A stretch of 62,967 bases of DNA, the filler included, from Lenisia limosa (lineage: Eukaryota; Protista; Breviatea), in the NCBI GenBank assembly GCA_001655205.1. It is 13 parts of 13 records of this genome, joined end to end, with 100 filler letters (N's around TTAATTAATTAA, not from the genome) between each part and the next. Parts side by side here need not be neighbours in the genome. Positions count along the whole stretch, not along the records: positions 61,109 to 62,967 come from LPNZ01005451.1; 12 more parts are not named here. One strand, 5' to 3'. Below are positions 61,109 through 62,967 of the stretch, one piece after another. Position 1 is the first letter of the stretch. The number at the start of each line of letters is the position of its first letter. A model generated the notes under the pieces. It worked only from the letters and a program-made list of their open reading frames with translations. It had not been told where the DNA came from and made no database searches. A program made the position numbers and the translations under genes.

Positions 61109-62757
61109 CACACCAGTTTCACTGTGGCTGATCCTTCCCATTGCGCTTCTCGACTTATCAGGAGGTGTTTGCTCAATGGCTGCGGTTTCATTTACAGGAT
61201 CAGGGGTAAGCTGGCCTGTTTCAGATCCTAATTGGGGAATGTATTCGGGTATCGATGCTCAGGTTTGTTCACCCTTCAGCTGTACCAAACGATTTATTCA
61301 AATGTTGTGGTCTGCAGTGCCATCATATCCTTCTTCGCCTTAGGTTTGACATTTGAATTACATGGTTATTATTCTATAATCAACATTTCTTATAAAAGTG
61401 GTGGAACGGCTTCGACCAGATATTTCCCTTTGTTATTTCTTGGGCACCTTGCCACAATTGACAATATTGTTTTTTTTTTTTTTTTGAAGCCCAAGTTATT
61501 TCTCATTTCCAATATTATTCTACTGATTTTCACATAATATGATTTGGTGTTTTGTATTAGTATTACTATTTGCAAAAAATCAAAGCGAAGAGAGTGTTGC
61601 TCATATTGAAGTGGAATATATAATATACGTAGCATCATGATAAATGTAGAAATGAGTTGTAAAATATGCTAGTATCTGGCCGGAGCCGTTGAATCCAGCA
61701 TGGTTTTAGAGGGAGATAGGTATCCTGCTACGATTGACCAATAGGACGAACGTATTCCTTCCCCCAATGGTCTGGCCTCATTGTATTGGTGTCAGGTTTG
61801 GCCCTCTCCAGCAGATCTGGTGGCGACTTGGGTATGCTGAAATCCTGTTGTGAACTAGATTTTCTTCCCCAATTTTAATCTAATGGTTTATAGGCGATAG
61901 TGTAGTGTTTGGTATTTGCTTGACGATTGTTGCCACTGTGCTCTATGCCTGTGTTTACGTTGCTAATGAGCGTGTTTTGACAAAGAAAACGTCATACGGT
62001 TGGTCGAGTTTAATATCTAATTAAAACGGGTGTAACACCACGCAGGCCCTCCACCGAATCCAATCCATATGTGCAGTGCTGTAGGACAGGCAGGATGTAT
62101 CATTCTCGGCATTTGGATGGTTTTGGTGACTGTACCAAATTGGCACAATCTCGTGTCAGTCCCCTTCATTGAAAGCAACACTCCTGTCATGCCAATAGAT
62201 TCATCTAGTTCTTCTGGACCAGGTGGGAAGCCTAACTTTTGTCTTGAAAAGGCTTCTGAAAATATCATTTTGATGCTGTATTAAACATAATGTACCGTTT
62301 TCTCACTTTGAAGGAGCGATTGTCGTTGTACCAACACCTACCATTGGTGAGTCTTTTTATTAACCTGGACACAGAGATATTTTGAAATAATTTTTTTAAT
62401 CATGCGTTCCCATTTCACACAAAAGGTCCTGCTGAAATAGATCCGACGGGACATGTTCAACAAATGGTGACACCAACCCTCTTTGTCTGGCTCGGTCTGG
62501 TTATTTGCTCCCTCACACATAACGCGTCATATTTCATGCTCCTCAAGGTGAGATAAAGGCAGAAGGATATATATATAGGTGTACATGTAGTTCATAAGTC
62601 ATAAAAATTCAATATTTGATTTTGATCTAATTCAGGATACTGGGGCTGTAAGCGCTGGAGTTCTTCAAGGTCTGCGTGCCATCCTTGTTTTTGCCCTCTC
62701 GCATCTCATGTTTTGTGACCGCGACTACGGGCAGTGCTATACTGACGATAAGGTGAG
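61109..62757 (+). CDS. Drug/metabolite transporter (DMT/EamA/SLC35-like) fragment
   Basis: Hydrophobic exons: LWLILPIALLDLSGGVCSMAA; LYQTIYSNVVVCSAIISFFAL; GQAGCIILGIWMVLVTVPNW; HNASYFMLLK; DTGAVSAGVLQGLRAILVFALSHLMFC. YQ..YS.VVV.SA and GAV..G.L..LR..LVF are DMT-type helices. Confidence 0.72.
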
Positions 62758-62967
62758 ACATCCCACTCGAATCCACCCCTTCAATAGTTTCACCCATACT
62801 TGCCTTGAGGAAGTTATTTCTAGTTGGAATTCAACTGATACGATCTTAGGCTCTTTCAACTGCCGTGGTAATAACAGGGCTTCTGATCTACGCAATTGCC
62901 TCTTCTAAAGCCCCTGCCAAACCTTCTGTTGAGGTTTGCAGCCTTTTCTTTCACGGATTCAGCATTG

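Noticed and set aside
1-62967. rRNA, tRNA, or stop-codon reassignment/selenocysteine readthrough
   Set aside because: No rRNA or cloverleaf sequence recognised, and conserved genes (GSS, TOP3A, STE24) translate with the standard code without in-frame stops in confidently placed exons.

Overview
Eukaryotic, AT-rich, intron-dense draft genome with short GT-AG introns and weak donors. The organism is probably a protist, possibly a unicellular holozoan; that is an inference only. The window is not one continuous locus: 12 artificial 100-bp spacers (44 N + TTAATTAATTAA + 44 N) join about 13 contigs, so adjacency across a spacer means nothing. I rebuilt genes by manually splicing exons across frames. 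Contig 1 (1-25578) holds four genes: (-) an intron-split, N-terminally membrane-anchored alpha-2-macroglobulin-like (MG2/A2M_N_2) protein whose motifs resemble bacterial A2M-like families; (+) a protein of about 21 tandem 8-Cys TNFR-like modules built from a 3-module super-repeat, with paired cysteine losses; (-) glutathione synthetase; (+) KIF-binding protein, head-to-head with it. Later contigs carry DNA topoisomerase III alpha, a large coiled-coil protein, fragments of STE24, a DMT/SLC35-type transporter, an MFS-like transporter, a multi-pass membrane protein and a furin-like Cys-rich protein, plus a decayed Tc1 transposase. Dispersed repeats include about 20 copies of a TA-flanked ~90-100 bp MITE, a Tc1-type CAGTG MITE, and two non-TIR ~140-150 bp structured repeats that lie in introns in the host's sense orientation wherever a host can be assigned. 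Exon boundaries are manual and approximate unless stated; homology calls rest on remembered motifs, not database searches.
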